DNA of 64,000 nt from an uncultured Campylobacter sp. (GCA_963515555.1 CAUPXB010000005.1:29032-93031); one strand, 5' to 3'. Positions 1 to 10,933 are shown, numbered from the stretch's first letter. Translations and numbers: made by a program. Notes: a model not told the origin generated them from the sequence alone.

Positions 1-1
1 T

Positions 2-904
2 TTTAGAGAGATTAAATTTGATATAGCCATAGTGGATGAAGCGGGTCGTGCAACATTGAGCGAGCTTTTAGTGCCGTGCATAAAGGCTAAAAAAATAATT
101 TTAGTAGGCGACCACAAGCAGCTAGCGCCAGTTATAGACGATGATATTATTGAAAAAATAGATGATAAAGATGAAGCTAAAACTTCATTTTTTCAAAGAC
201 TTTTTGAAAGGCTCGAACAAACGGATAGAGAAAATTTCAAACACACACTAACGCATAACTACCGTTCGGAAAGAAAAATTTGCGAACTTTACAGTAACGC
301 GTTCTACAACGGAGAGCTTATTGTCGATGAAGAGATAAATAAACAAAAACAGCACAAATTTCGATTTTTTAAATCAAGCGTAGTTTGGCTAGATACTGGA
401 AATTTAGAAAATAGAGAAGACGAACAAAAAGGAACGGGTAAAATAAATCGTTGTAGCGTAGAATATATTAGAAGGACGCTTTACAAATTATGCGAACAAA
501 TAAAAGAGCAAAATTTAGATTATAGCATCGGCGTTATCACTCCATATAAAGCGCAAAAAGAGTTATTGGAGCAAGAAATAAAGCCAAAAGATTTTGACGA
601 TTTTAAAATAGATATAGGCACAGTAGACAGCTTTCAAGGCAGCGATAGGGATATCATTGTTTATGATTGCGTCCGTTCATCAAAAGGCAAAAGAGGTGCG
701 AAGATAGATTTTATAGCTGATGAAAAACGACTAAACGTATCTCTATCAAGAGCAAAGAAGCTCTTGATAATAATCGGCGATATGGAATTTTTATTTAGAG
801 CGGGAACAAAAGAAAATAGCAACCCGTTTATGGATATTATTCAGTATATCAATAGAAATAAAAGCGAATACCAAATAATAAAACTAGGAACAAACAACCA
901 ATGA
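2..904 (+). CDS. 5'-truncated SF1B UPF1/DNA2-like helicase (AAA_11/AAA_12); MkoA-like candidate
   Basis: The frame is open from base 2 (FREIKFDIAIVDEAG). It carries the motifs DEAG, LVGDHKQL, NYRS, GVITPYKAQ, TVDSFQG and RLNVSLSRAK. The DNA is AT-rich. Confidence 0.9.
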   Translation, partial: FREIKFDIAIVDEAGRATLSELLVPCIKAKKIILVGDHKQLAPVIDDDIIEKIDDKDEAKTSFFQRLFERLEQTDRENFKHTLTHNYRSERKICELYSNAFYNGELIVDEEINKQKQHKFRFFKSSVVWLDTGNLENREDEQKGTGKINRCSVEYIRRTLYKLCEQIKEQNLDYSIGVITPYKAQKELLEQEIKPKDFDDFKIDIGTVDSFQGSDRDIIVYDCVRSSKGKRGAKIDFIADEKRLNVSLSRAKKLLIIIGDMEFLFRAGTKENSNPFMDIIQYINRNKSEYQIIKLGTNNQ

Positions 905-2268
905 AACAAAAAGCTGCAAAAGAAAAACAATTTAAACCAGATATAGATATGCTTGTGCATAAATATAGCGATTATTATGAAGATTTTGTTAATTACGATG
1001 CAAGAGAGATAGTATATCCCGTATATAAGACCAAGGTTGAATATATAATATCAAAGGAGCAAGAACTTCACCCGATAGTTATAGGAATCTTAAAAATCAT
1101 AGACTACCTGCAAAAAATAAAAATAGACGATAAGTATAAAATTTTAAAAGATATAACCCAAATGGACAACGAAATACTTGCTAGCATACTAGCTGAATTT
1201 AATACAAAAGGCTACTTGAAAGTAGATTCTATAGAACTTAGTCATAAAGGATTAGAAGCTCTAAAGAAAGAGAATGAAAAGATTAAAGAACGCACGATAT
1301 CTTATGTTGCTATCGACGGAGTTTTAGGAACGACTTTGGAAATAGCAAAGGATCAAAGACAAATAACATTAGATTATAAATCCGACAAGGATGCCTTCGA
1401 ATTCAAGCCAAATTTCAAGACAAGGCCTAGAACTGAAAATTTGGACGATATATTTATGTGCGATAAAACTTTGCGGCAAACTTTAATAGAATCATTAAAA
1501 GATTTTGACAAACAAGAAGAACAAAACGATAAAAATTTAAGCTATGAGATAGATGATATTTTATCTGTCGAACCTAAAAAATTTTTCAAAAAATATTTTT
1601 GTCTTTTTTATAAAAATAAAGACGAAGAGGAAAAAATTTTAGTCATAGATAAGAACTATAATGAGGATATAAATTCTACGAAGCTTTTTGATAGACTCTT
1701 AAACGAACAAAGATTTAGCGATAGTATTAATCAAAAGGCAAAAGAATGTGAAGAAAATGCAGAGAAATTTCAAGATTTAACATCGGAAAAGATCGAAGAA
1801 AAACTCGCAGTAAATCTTGAAGAAGGCAAAACGATAGAAACTGCGGAGCATAAAAAATATTTAAAATATATTTTAAAGAATGCGCAAAAAGAAATTTATA
1901 TACAATCGCCTTGGATACGATACGAAATTTTAAACATCTATAAAGACAAGATAGATGAGGCTTTAAAACGTGGCGTAAAAATAATTATAAAATACGGCTT
2001 GAAACCTAAAAACCGATTTGATAAAGCGGGAATCGACGATAAGTCTCAAGAATATTTTAATGGGCTAGATAAAAAATTATTTAAACTAAAGCAAGGTAAC
2101 GACCATAGTAAAATTCTAATTTGTGATGATGAATTTATGATAGTCGGGAGCTTTAACTGGCTAAGTTTTGGAGGAGAAAAGGATAGGGATGGCGACACTA
2201 GGGGCGAAACATCTACTATAAATAAAAATAAAAGCGAGATAGTCAAAACAAAAGAGAAATTTATATAG
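901..2268 (+). CDS. Protein with C-terminal phospholipase D-like (HKD) nuclease domain; MkoB-like candidate
   Basis: EIYIQSPWI plus a single HKD motif HSKILICD...GSFNW; ATGA overlap with the helicase stop; AT-rich. Confidence 0.85.
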   Translation: MKQKAAKEKQFKPDIDMLVHKYSDYYEDFVNYDAREIVYPVYKTKVEYIISKEQELHPIVIGILKIIDYLQKIKIDDKYKILKDITQMDNEILASILAEFNTKGYLKVDSIELSHKGLEALKKENEKIKERTISYVAIDGVLGTTLEIAKDQRQITLDYKSDKDAFEFKPNFKTRPRTENLDDIFMCDKTLRQTLIESLKDFDKQEEQNDKNLSYEIDDILSVEPKKFFKKYFCLFYKNKDEEEKILVIDKNYNEDINSTKLFDRLLNEQRFSDSINQKAKECEENAEKFQDLTSEKIEEKLAVNLEEGKTIETAEHKKYLKYILKNAQKEIYIQSPWIRYEILNIYKDKIDEALKRGVKIIIKYGLKPKNRFDKAGIDDKSQEYFNGLDKKLFKLKQGNDHSKILICDDEFMIVGSFNWLSFGGEKDRDGDTRGETSTINKNKSEIVKTKEKFI

Positions 2269-2269
2269 C

Positions 2270-3163
2270 CTACCTCTCCCTTGCTACGATTATTCCGCTG
2301 ATAACGACCAGCATTATACCAAAAAACGCCGCCGCATTAGGCAGCGTATCGCCCATAAAAAAGCCCACTACTAGCGAAAATACGACGTCCATGTAGCTTA
2401 TCGCGGCGACCGAGCCCGCCTTTTTGCTAGCCGCATACGCCTTCGTCATATAAAGCTGGAAAAAGTAGCCCGCAAGCCCCATTAGCACGATTAGGATTAC
2501 GCCTTTAAAATTCGGCGCCACAAACGGCGAAAGCAAGAAATCTAGAGGCTCAAATTTGACCCACTCCGCAATGCCCATCAAAAGCATCGGCAAAGCCGTT
2601 CCCCACGCCATAAAGCTAAGCACGATGACGCTCGTGTCGTAGCTTTTTCGCAGGGTTCTCACGCTAAGCATCGCAAGCGCCGCCCCCACGCCGCTCCAAA
2701 GCCCCAGCCAGTCGGTTTTGCTGATGCCTAAATTTGGCTGGATGATAAAAAGTATGCCGATAAAGCCCAGAAATATCGCGCCCCAGCCCTTTTTACTAAG
2801 CGCTTCTTTTAAAAAAATCGCCGCAAAAATCGCCGTGAAAATGGGGCTGGTTTTTTGAAAAGTATAGGCCGCGCCTAAATTTATATGAGCGATGTTGTAA
2901 AAAAGAGCAAAAAGCGCGATCGTGCCGATAAATCCGCGAAACATCAGCACCAAAAGCTGCCCGCCCTTTTGGTGCGTCGGCGGCCTTTTGCAAATCGCGT
3001 AAAGCACGATAGCAAGACCGACAGCGTTTCTGAAAAACACGACCTCGATACTAGACATCTGCTCGCTCAAAACCTTCGCAAAGCCCCCGACGGCAGCAAA
3101 AAACATACACGCGATGATCATATAATAAGCGCCCAAATGGTGCAAAACGTATCTACGAAACAA
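2270..3163 (-). CDS. DMT/EamA family transporter
   Basis: About 10 hydrophobic helices with EamA-like repeats (SPIFTAIFAAIFLKE). The likely TTG start at 3163 follows an AAAGGA RBS. Confidence 0.85.
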   Translation of the reverse strand: MFRRYVLHHLGAYYMIIACMFFAAVGGFAKVLSEQMSSIEVVFFRNAVGLAIVLYAICKRPPTHQKGGQLLVLMFRGFIGTIALFALFYNIAHINLGAAYTFQKTSPIFTAIFAAIFLKEALSKKGWGAIFLGFIGILFIIQPNLGISKTDWLGLWSGVGAALAMLSVRTLRKSYDTSVIVLSFMAWGTALPMLLMGIAEWVKFEPLDFLLSPFVAPNFKGVILIVLMGLAGYFFQLYMTKAYAASKKAGSVAAISYMDVVFSLVVGFFMGDTLPNAAAFFGIMLVVISGIIVARER

Positions 3164-3238
3164 AATTTTTCCTTTAAATTTAGGCGTATTGTAATGCAAA
3201 ACGGCTTAAATTTATAAACAATGTAAGCAAAAAATTTG

Positions 3239-3244
3239 TATAAT
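3239..3244 (+). promoter_or_regulatory. Candidate sigma70 -10 box for der-aroK
   Basis: TATAAT about 60 bp upstream of the der start in an AT-rich context. Confidence 0.55.
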
Positions 3245-3301
3245 CGGGATTTTAAGCGGCGAAGTCGGCCGCAAATTTAACGGGATTTTTAAGGGAAAAT
3301 T

Positions 3302-4705
3302 TTGCAAAAGATAATTTTAGTCGGCAAGCCAAACGTCGGCAAAAGCTCGCTCTTTAACCGCCTAGCCGGCAGACGTATAGCTATCACCAGCAACGTTAGC
3401 GGTACGACGCGAGATACAAATAAAACGATTATAGAAATTTACGGCAAAAGCTGCGTTTTGATCGACAGCGGCGGACTGGACGATAGTAGCGAGCTTTTTA
3501 AAAACGTCAAGGCAAAAACCCTAGCCGAAGCTAGAAGCTCGGATGCCATAATCTTTATGGTCGACGGCAAAATGATGCCTAGCGACGAGGACAAAGCCCT
3601 ATACTACGCGCTTTTAAAGCTAAATTTACCGACCGCGCTCGTAATCAATAAAGTCGATAGCAAAAAAGACGAGCTGCGAAGCTACGAGTTTGCAAATTTC
3701 GGCGCGAAAACGAGCTTTGCTATCTCGGTTAGCCACAACGCCGGCATAGACGAGCTAGCAGACTGGATCTACAAACAGCTAAAAGATGAGATCCGCCCCG
3801 ACGCAGGCGAGGATCTGGACGAGTTTTTAGAAAATTTCGGCGACGACGGCGAGGTGGTTAAAGAGCTATCTGCTCGCGAGGACTACGAGCGCAAAAATAT
3901 CCAAGTAGGCATCATCGGACGCGTAAACGTCGGCAAAAGCTCGCTGCTAAACGCACTCGTAAAAGAGTCGCGCGCGGTCGTGAGCGACATAGCCGGTACG
4001 ACGATAGACCCAGTAAACGAAACTTTCGTCTATGAGGATAGGGTTTTTGAGTTCGTCGATACGGCGGGTATCAGAAAACGCGGCAAGATAGAGGGCATCG
4101 AAAGATACGCGCTAAACCGTACGGAGTCTGCGCTAGAGCTAGCCGACATCGCGCTTTTGGTACTTGATAGCTCCGAGCCGCTAACCGAGCTTGACGAGCG
4201 CATCGCGGGCCTTGCGGCCAAATTTGAGCTCGGCGTCATAATCGTGCTAAACAAATGGGACAAAAGCGAGGAAGATTTTGATAAATTTAGCCGCGAGATC
4301 AGGGATAAATTTAAATTTCTAGCCTACGCGCCGATCATCAGCGTTAGCGCGCTCGGCGGCAAAAGAGTGCATAAAATTTACCCGCTGATATTAGAAGTTT
4401 ATAAAAACTACACGCAAAAAATCCAAACCGCAAGGCTAAACGAAGCTATCGAAGAGGCGGTAAAAGCGCACCCGATACCGCGCGAGAAAGGCAAAAGCGT
4501 GAAAATTTACTACGCGGTGCAGTTTGGTTTCGCACCGCCAAAAATCGCGCTCGTGATGAACCGTCCGCGCGCCCTGCACTTTAGTTACAAACGCTACCTA
4601 ACGAACAAGCTGCGCGAGAAATTCGAGCTATCAGGCACTCCAATCGTGCTGATCCCGAAAAATCGCAGCGGCTCGGACGAGGAAAACGAGGGAAAAAGTG
4701 AGTAA
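3302..4705 (+). CDS. der: Ribosome biogenesis GTPase Der (EngA)
   Basis: Two G domains (GKPNVGKSS and [13 protein letters not shown] and DTAG; NKVD and NKWD) and a C-terminal KH-like domain. Confidence 0.97.
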   Translation: MQKIILVGKPNVGKSSLFNRLAGRRIAITSNVSGTTRDTNKTIIEIYGKSCVLIDSGGLDDSSELFKNVKAKTLAEARSSDAIIFMVDGKMMPSDEDKALYYALLKLNLPTALVINKVDSKKDELRSYEFANFGAKTSFAISVSHNAGIDELADWIYKQLKDEIRPDAGEDLDEFLENFGDDGEVVKELSAREDYERKNIQVGIIGRVNVGKSSLLNALVKESRAVVSDIAGTTIDPVNETFVYEDRVFEFVDTAGIRKRGKIEGIERYALNRTESALELADIALLVLDSSEPLTELDERIAGLAAKFELGVIIVLNKWDKSEEDFDKFSREIRDKFKFLAYAPIISVSALGGKRVHKIYPLILEVYKNYTQKIQTARLNEAIEEAVKAHPIPREKGKSVKIYYAVQFGFAPPKIALVMNRPRALHFSYKRYLTNKLREKFELSGTPIVLIPKNRSGSDEENEGKSE

Positions 4706-5213
4706 AAATTTAGTTTTTATCGGCTTTATGGGCGTTGGCAAAGGCACGGTAGCAAGGCATATCGCGAAAAAAACGGGTAAGCTGTTTTTGGATACCGACG
4801 AGCTGATCGAAAGCGAGCAAAATTTAAAAGTTAAAGAAATTTTCGAGAAAAAAGGCGAAGAGTATTTTAGAAAATGCGAGGCAAAACTCGCTAAAAAGCT
4901 AACCAAAAACGTAAAATCATCGGTGATAGCGGCCGGCGGCGGCTTTGCAAAGGTTAAAGGCCTTAAAAAAATCGGCAAAATCATCTATCTAAAATCAAGT
5001 TTCGAGGCGATTTTAAAACGAATCGACGAGAGCGGCGAAGCGCAGATGCACTACGCCAAACGCCCGCTTTTGCGCGATTTAAACGCGGCTAAAAAGCTTT
5101 TTAACGAGAGAAAAAAGATGTATAAAAACGTCGCCGATCTCGTAATCGACGTCGAAGGCAAAGGGCTAGAGCAAGTCGCGAAAGAGATTTTAGAAAAAAT
5201 AAAAAAGGATTAA
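4698..5213 (+). CDS. aroK: Shikimate kinase
   Basis: [10 protein letters not shown]-loop, DTD, GEEYFR, GGG and RPLL motifs. Confidence 0.95.
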   Translation: MSKNLVFIGFMGVGKGTVARHIAKKTGKLFLDTDELIESEQNLKVKEIFEKKGEEYFRKCEAKLAKKLTKNVKSSVIAAGGGFAKVKGLKKIGKIIYLKSSFEAILKRIDESGEAQMHYAKRPLLRDLNAAKKLFNERKKMYKNVADLVIDVEGKGLEQVAKEILEKIKKD

Positions 5214-5590
5214 GTAAAATTTGAGTTGAAATTTGAGCGTAAATTTTAAAATTTGCGGCTTTAAATTTCTATTTTTAAATTTGAGCGATTTAAATTTAAT
5301 ACGAAAGCGTTTGACCGTATCGGCATGAAAATTCGGCGCGGTTCGTATCGCTGAAATTTGAGTAGCGAACGTCGAATTTTTAAGCGAGTTAAAAATTTGA
5401 GTCTAAATTTGACGAATTGCAAAATTTAGCGCAAAAAAGATAAGTGAATTTTTAAAATTTAGCAGATTACAAATTTTGTATGATTTAATGCAAATTTTGA
5501 AGCGGCAGTATTTTGCGATGATTTTTTGTGGCTTTGAAGTTAAAATTTGACGAAGATAAGGCATGTAGCCTATCGAGTCAAATTTTAACG
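5214..5590. repeat. Intergenic cluster of RAATTY (mostly AAATTT) hexamers
   Basis: About 19 RAATTY sites in about 380 bp by manual count, often as AAATTTGAG or AAATTTGAC. Confidence 0.7.
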
Positions 5591-5644
5591 AAATCCGCAA
5601 AAAGCGCGCAAAAGACAACGCGTAGCAATAAGAAAGAGAGAAAA

Positions 5645-6610
5645 ATGAGAGTACTAACGGGTTTGCAACCAAGCGGCAAACTACACCTAGGCAACTACTT
5701 CGCCTCTATCAAACAAATGGTTGAGGCGCAGGGGCAAAACGAGATGTTTATGTTTATCGCAAACTACCACGCCATGACCTCGGTCGCCGACGCGGGGAAG
5801 CTAAAACAAAACACCTATGAGGCGGCGAGCGCGTTTTTGTCGCTGGGCATCGATCCGCAAAAGAGCGTATTTTGGGTGCAAAGCGACGTAAAAGAAGTTT
5901 TAGAGCTCTACTGGATACTGAGCCAATATACCCCGATGGGCCTACTCGAGCGCGCGCACAGCTACAAGGACAAGGTCGCAAAGGGCCTTACCTCGCATCA
6001 CGGGCTTTTTAGCTATCCCGTTTTGATGGCGGCCGATATCCTGTTATACGGCGCACAGGTCGTGCCAGTGGGCAAGGATCAGATCCAGCACGTCGAGATC
6101 GCGCGCGACATAGCGATCAAATTTAACAACGAGCACGGCGAGCTCTTTGTCCTGCCGGAGTACAAAGTCGATGAAAACGTCGCTACGGTGCCCGGCACAG
6201 ACGGCGCGAAAATGAGCAAAAGCTACGGCAACACGGTAGATATTTTCGCCGGCGCCAAAGAGCTAAAAAAACAAATTTCAAGCATCGTAACAACCTCGGA
6301 GCCGCTTGAAGAGCCTAAGCAGTGGCAAGACTGCAACATCTATAATATCGCTAAATTATTCCTAGACGAGGACGGACAGCGCGACTTACAGGCTAGGTAT
6401 GAGCGCGGCGGCGAAGGACACGGACACTTTAAGATGTATCTAAACGAGCTGGTTTGGGAGTATTTCGCGGATGCTAGGGAGAAATTTGATTATTATCTAA
6501 ACCACCCAGGCGAAGTGGATGAAATTTTGAACGAAGGCGCGAAAAGAGCGCGAGCCGTCGCAGCGCCGATAATGGAAAAAATACGCGCCGCAACCGGCAT
6601 TTATAAATAA
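5645..6610 (+). CDS. trpS: Tryptophan--tRNA ligase
   Basis: TGLQPSGKLHLGNY (HIGH-type), PVGKDQ and KMSKS motifs. The true start is MRVLTG at 5645. Confidence 0.96.
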   Translation: MRVLTGLQPSGKLHLGNYFASIKQMVEAQGQNEMFMFIANYHAMTSVADAGKLKQNTYEAASAFLSLGIDPQKSVFWVQSDVKEVLELYWILSQYTPMGLLERAHSYKDKVAKGLTSHHGLFSYPVLMAADILLYGAQVVPVGKDQIQHVEIARDIAIKFNNEHGELFVLPEYKVDENVATVPGTDGAKMSKSYGNTVDIFAGAKELKKQISSIVTTSEPLEEPKQWQDCNIYNIAKLFLDEDGQRDLQARYERGGEGHGHFKMYLNELVWEYFADAREKFDYYLNHPGEVDEILNEGAKRARAVAAPIMEKIRAATGIYK

Positions 6611-6625
6611 ATTTAAAGGAAAAAA

Positions 6626-7066
6626 GTGCAAGCAATCTACCCTTACGCGCAGCTTATTCACCTGATCTGCGCTATCGTTTTCGTCGGATTTTTATTTTTC
6701 GACGTGATTATTTTTTCAAGGGCTAAAAAGAAACTGCCCGCGGAAATAGCGCAAAAAGCGCAGCAGGCTATCACAAGCGTCGCGATAAAGATCATGCCGC
6801 TTTGCGTGCTGATTTTGATTTTAACGGGCGGCATGATGATGAGCAGCTGGGTCGGCTCTAAAGCAGGCGGATATTTCGCGTCAAATTTACAAACCGCCTT
6901 GATGATAAAAGTTATTTTAGCAATGCTGATATTTGCGGCGGTAGCGACCAATCTCACGTGCAAATTTATACTAAAGCGCCCTAGCCCGCTAGGCAACATC
7001 CACCCGTTTGCATTTGCGGCGGCTGCGGCCATCGTGATACTTGCTAAAGTTATGTTTATGGTTTAA
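6626..7066 (+). CDS. Four-TM membrane protein, CopD-like
   Basis: HLICAIVFVG and LILTGG helices; GTG start after an AAGGA RBS. The family assignment is tentative. Confidence 0.55.
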   Translation: MQAIYPYAQLIHLICAIVFVGFLFFDVIIFSRAKKKLPAEIAQKAQQAITSVAIKIMPLCVLILILTGGMMMSSWVGSKAGGYFASNLQTALMIKVILAMLIFAAVATNLTCKFILKRPSPLGNIHPFAFAAAAAIVILAKVMFMV

Positions 7067-7075
7067 GGAGAAGAC

Positions 7076-8320
7076 ATGATAAATTTAAAACTACTCGACA
7101 CTCGCTACGACGAGTTCGTAAAAAAATTACAAGGAAAAAACGTAAAAGCCGAGGTTTTAAACGAGCTTTTGACAACATTTAACGAGCTAAAAGCTAAGCG
7201 TCAAGCGCTAGAAAATTTCCAAGCGATCCAAAACGCCAAGAGCAAGGAGCTGGGCATAAAGGCTAGAAACGGCGAGAACACCGACGAGCTAAAAAACGAG
7301 TTAAATTTAAACAAAGCTGCGATGGGCGATGCCGCCGATATCGTGCGCGCATACGAGGAAAAGCTAGAAAACATCGCAAGCTGCGTGCCTAATATCACCG
7401 ACGACGACGTGCCGTTTGGCAAGGACGAGGAGGACAACGTATGCGTAAAAACCGTGCTTGAGCCGACTAAATTTGACTTCGCGCCAAAGGAGCACTGGGA
7501 GCTTGGCGAGAGCTTAGGCTGGCTTGATTTCGAGCGGGGCGTTAAGCTATCAGGCTCGCGCTTTTGCGTGCTAAAGGGCATGGGAGCACGCCTATCAAGA
7601 GCGCTAGTTAACTACATGATCGACTTTAACAACGCGCGCGGTTTTGAGCTGGTTAACGTGCCGTTTTTGGTAAATGCAAATACGCTTTACGGCACCGGAC
7701 AGTTGCCTAAATTTGAAGACGATCTATATAAGGCTCAGGGCGAGGACCTGTATCTAATCCCTACTAGTGAGGTGCCGGTGACGAATCTTTATAATGACGA
7801 AATTTTACCCGTAGAGAGCTTACCGATAAAGATGACTTGCTACTCGGCGTGCTTCCGTAAAGAAGCGGGCTCCGCCGGACGCGACACGCGCGGCATGATA
7901 CGCCAACATCAGTTTGAAAAGGTCGAGCTCGTAGCCATCACGACTCCAGAGCTTAGCGCACAGATGCTAGACGAGATGGTAGCGTGCGCCAGCGACTTAC
8001 TAACGAGCCTTGGATTGCCGCACCGCCACATGTTGCTTTGCAGCGGAGACCTTGGCTTTAGCGCGGCAAAGACGATAGACCTCGAGGTCTGGCTACCGGG
8101 GCAAAACAAATACCGCGAGATAAGCTCGGTGTCAAATACCCGCGACTTCCAAGCGCGCAGGGCTAAAATCCGCTACAAAGACGGCAAGAAAAACGCTCTG
8201 GTAAACACCCTAAACGGCTCGAGCCTAGCCGTAGGCAGAACGCTCATAGCGATAATGGAAAACTACCAAAAAGCAGACGGCAGCATCGAGATCCCGGAAA
8301 TTCTTAAAAGGTATATGTAG
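7076..8320 (+). CDS. serS: Serine--tRNA ligase
   Basis: N-terminal coiled coil; [25 protein letters not shown] and TLNGS motifs. Confidence 0.97.
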   Translation: MINLKLLDTRYDEFVKKLQGKNVKAEVLNELLTTFNELKAKRQALENFQAIQNAKSKELGIKARNGENTDELKNELNLNKAAMGDAADIVRAYEEKLENIASCVPNITDDDVPFGKDEEDNVCVKTVLEPTKFDFAPKEHWELGESLGWLDFERGVKLSGSRFCVLKGMGARLSRALVNYMIDFNNARGFELVNVPFLVNANTLYGTGQLPKFEDDLYKAQGEDLYLIPTSEVPVTNLYNDEILPVESLPIKMTCYSACFRKEAGSAGRDTRGMIRQHQFEKVELVAITTPELSAQMLDEMVACASDLLTSLGLPHRHMLLCSGDLGFSAAKTIDLEVWLPGQNKYREISSVSNTRDFQARRAKIRYKDGKKNALVNTLNGSSLAVGRTLIAIMENYQKADGSIEIPEILKRYM

Positions 8321-10704
8321 TGGCGCAAAACGACGATGAAAACGTAGTAATCCTCGAAGAGGCCGAGCCAAGCGATAAAGCACCTCGACCGGAAGAACAA
8401 GAAGGCAGCGAAAGCGACGAGCTGGTTTCGCTCGACGAGCTAGAACCAGTAGTCCCCGAACAACCCGCAGACGCGCAAGAAGACGCTAAAAAAAGCAAGA
8501 AAAAGCTTTTTATTATCGGCGGGGCGGCAGGTGCGTTCGTCATTATACTGGCAATAGTTTTATTTTTTGTTTTTAGAGGCGAAAAAAAGCCGCCGATAGA
8601 CGAAAAACAGATAGTAAAAGATATCGAGGAGCACTACGAGTCGCAAAAATTCGGTAGCTCAAAAATCGACGACATGATCGCTAAGGCAAATTTGCTCTAC
8701 GAAAAGGGCAATAAATTTGAGGCGCTGAAAATCTACGAAAACATCGCAGTTTATAACCAAAGTCTCTCAAACTATAATCTCGGCGTTTCACAGATGAGGC
8801 AGGGCAAATTTGAAGACGCGCTAAAAAGCTTTAAAAAAGCTATCGACAATAACGAAAACGTCGCCGTTAGCGCCATAAACGCCGCAGTTAGCTCACTTGA
8901 GCTAAAAAACGAGCAAAATTTTAACTACTATATAAATCTCGCAAGCTCGTTTTTATATAAAGAAGCAGACTCTCCGCTATACAACTACTACTACGCGCTC
9001 ATAAACTACTATAAAGGCCAATACGTCGAGGCTCTAGCGGCCCTCTCGCACGCCGAAAACGACTACTATAAAGATCGCTACGACTACCTAGCGGCTAAAA
9101 TTTTAAGCTTTATCGGCGACGACGCCGAAGCGATAAAAAAGCTAGAAGCTCAAAAAGAATTTGACGCAGATCTAGCTCTGGGCATGCTCTACGCAAGACT
9201 CGGGCAATATGAAAAGGCCAGAAATAGGCTAAATTTAGCACTCAACAAAGGCGGCGACTCAAATAAAATAAACTCGATGATAGCCATCATCAACCTAAAA
9301 GACGGCAATTTTGAAGCTGCGACCAATGAAATAAAAGCTGTTTTTCACGAAGATCCACTATTTTTAAATGCGAATTTCCCGATCAAAACGATCCTAAAAC
9401 CAGAGCTTTTCGACGTAAATTTAGCTCAGGCGCACTTTAGAAACGACCTGTTTTTCGACAAAACCAAACGCTACGAGACGCTATTTTACTTCGCGCCTTA
9501 TAAGGTTTTTGACCCTACTCAAACGATAAACTACATAAGAAAAGGCGGAGTGAGCCTATTTTTAGACGATGCAAGCGCTGCGGGTAACTACCTAAACGCT
9601 AGCGGCGCGCTCTCAAAGGTAAATTTAGAGCTATCCTCAGCCATTGCAAACGCCCTAAACTACAAGCTAAAGCAGGCCAACGCGCAGTTTGCCTCGCTCA
9701 TCTCGCTCTATCCCGAACACTCGGTTTTACACTACGACCTAGCGCTTAGCTACGCGCAGCTGGGCAACTTTAGCATGGCGGCAAAGCACTTTATCATGAG
9801 CTATCACCTAGACCCTACAAATCATCTAGCAGGCGTACTGGGCGCCATCGCAAACGACATAAATGCCGTAGATAACACCAAACTACTGCAAGAAATTTCT
9901 GAAAATCTCGACCACGACACAAGCTCAAAAGACGCGCCCGTAAGCCAAGCTCTAATGGCCCTCATCGCAAACAATAGCGGCGCTCTCATGCGCTGGCTAG
10001 AGCAAGAAAAGGAAGAGAGCGCGCTAAATTTGGCCTTTGACGCGATAATCGCAAAGATGACCGACAAGGGTGAGGAGTTTGCCAAAAAAACGCAAATTTT
10101 AAAAGCTAAGCTGCCTGATGATATCGTGGCGAACATTCTTGATTTTATCGCAAACTACAAGGATGAAGGCATCAAAAAATACGTCGAGCAGATACAAATT
10201 TACTTCCACGACAAGCGGCTAAACGACGCGGCGTTTTACCACGGCGCAAACATCATCAAAGAGCAATACATCAAGCTTTTGCAAATCTCGGGCCTACTAA
10301 ACTACGAGCGCGAGAAGATAAAGGCACTGCTAAAACAAGGCGCCAATAACGCCGACTTGCTCCAAACGCTAGCCTACATCGACATTTTCACGAACGATTT
10401 TGAGGAGAGCTATCAGATCTACAACCGCATAATCGATGAATTTAAGATAAACGACGCAGGCACGCTATTTCTAGCGGCCGTGGCCGCCATCGGCTCAAAC
10501 CACCCGCAAAATGCAACCGCGCTTTTGGAGCTATCTAAGCTCACTGATCCAAACGCGATGGAAAGCCGCGTGGCACTCGGGCACCTATATCAAGAGATCG
10601 ATAATATCGAAGCCGCGACGATACAATACGGGCTAATAAAAGATCCAAATTTTAAAAGCAAATTCGTTGATTTTATGATTGATTACGAGAAAGTGAAAAA
10701 GTAG
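8320..10704 (+). CDS. pflB: Single-TM TPR protein, flagellar motor disk protein PflB
   Basis: Acidic N-terminus, one TM helix and many TPR repeats; follows serS as Cj0390 does in C. jejuni. Confidence 0.8.
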   Translation: MAQNDDENVVILEEAEPSDKAPRPEEQEGSESDELVSLDELEPVVPEQPADAQEDAKKSKKKLFIIGGAAGAFVIILAIVLFFVFRGEKKPPIDEKQIVKDIEEHYESQKFGSSKIDDMIAKANLLYEKGNKFEALKIYENIAVYNQSLSNYNLGVSQMRQGKFEDALKSFKKAIDNNENVAVSAINAAVSSLELKNEQNFNYYINLASSFLYKEADSPLYNYYYALINYYKGQYVEALAALSHAENDYYKDRYDYLAAKILSFIGDDAEAIKKLEAQKEFDADLALGMLYARLGQYEKARNRLNLALNKGGDSNKINSMIAIINLKDGNFEAATNEIKAVFHEDPLFLNANFPIKTILKPELFDVNLAQAHFRNDLFFDKTKRYETLFYFAPYKVFDPTQTINYIRKGGVSLFLDDASAAGNYLNASGALSKVNLELSSAIANALNYKLKQANAQFASLISLYPEHSVLHYDLALSYAQLGNFSMAAKHFIMSYHLDPTNHLAGVLGAIANDINAVDNTKLLQEISENLDHDTSSKDAPVSQALMALIANNSGALMRWLEQEKEESALNLAFDAIIAKMTDKGEEFAKKTQILKAKLPDDIVANILDFIANYKDEGIKKYVEQIQIYFHDKRLNDAAFYHGANIIKEQYIKLLQISGLLNYEREKIKALLKQGANNADLLQTLAYIDIFTNDFEESYQIYNRIIDEFKINDAGTLFLAAVAAIGSNHPQNATALLELSKLTDPNAMESRVALGHLYQEIDNIEAATIQYGLIKDPNFKSKFVDFMIDYEKVKK

Positions 10705-10709
10705 GTTAT

Positions 10710-10758
10710 TTGGGCGATATGGCGATAAATTTATCGCGAAGTCGCCCGAATAATTTTT
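10710..10758 (+). terminator. Hairpin downstream of pflB
   Basis: GGGCGA...GCGATAA/TTATCGC...TCGCCC stem followed by TAATTTTT. Confidence 0.5.
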
Positions 10759-10933
10759 AATAGTTCTTGTATATTTACAGTGTCAAAGCAGTTTTGTCAA
10801 ATTTGACAAAAGCAAAAACAACTCGCCTCGTCAAATTTAACGCCCTACTTCGCCCTGCTCTATAACTCGCAGGTTAAAAAACAACCGCAAATTTAACCAA
10901 AGCACGGCGACAAGCCGCACTTCAAGTCAAATT

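Noticed and set aside
5214..5590. Possible CRISPR array or tandem repeat
   Set aside because: Only a 6-9 bp core recurs, at irregular spacing. There are no 25-40 bp repeats with unique spacers and no cas genes.
5528..5644. N-terminal extension of trpS or a Trp leader peptide
   Set aside because: The extension is not TrpRS-like, and no short ORF with tandem Trp codons or attenuator structure is visible.
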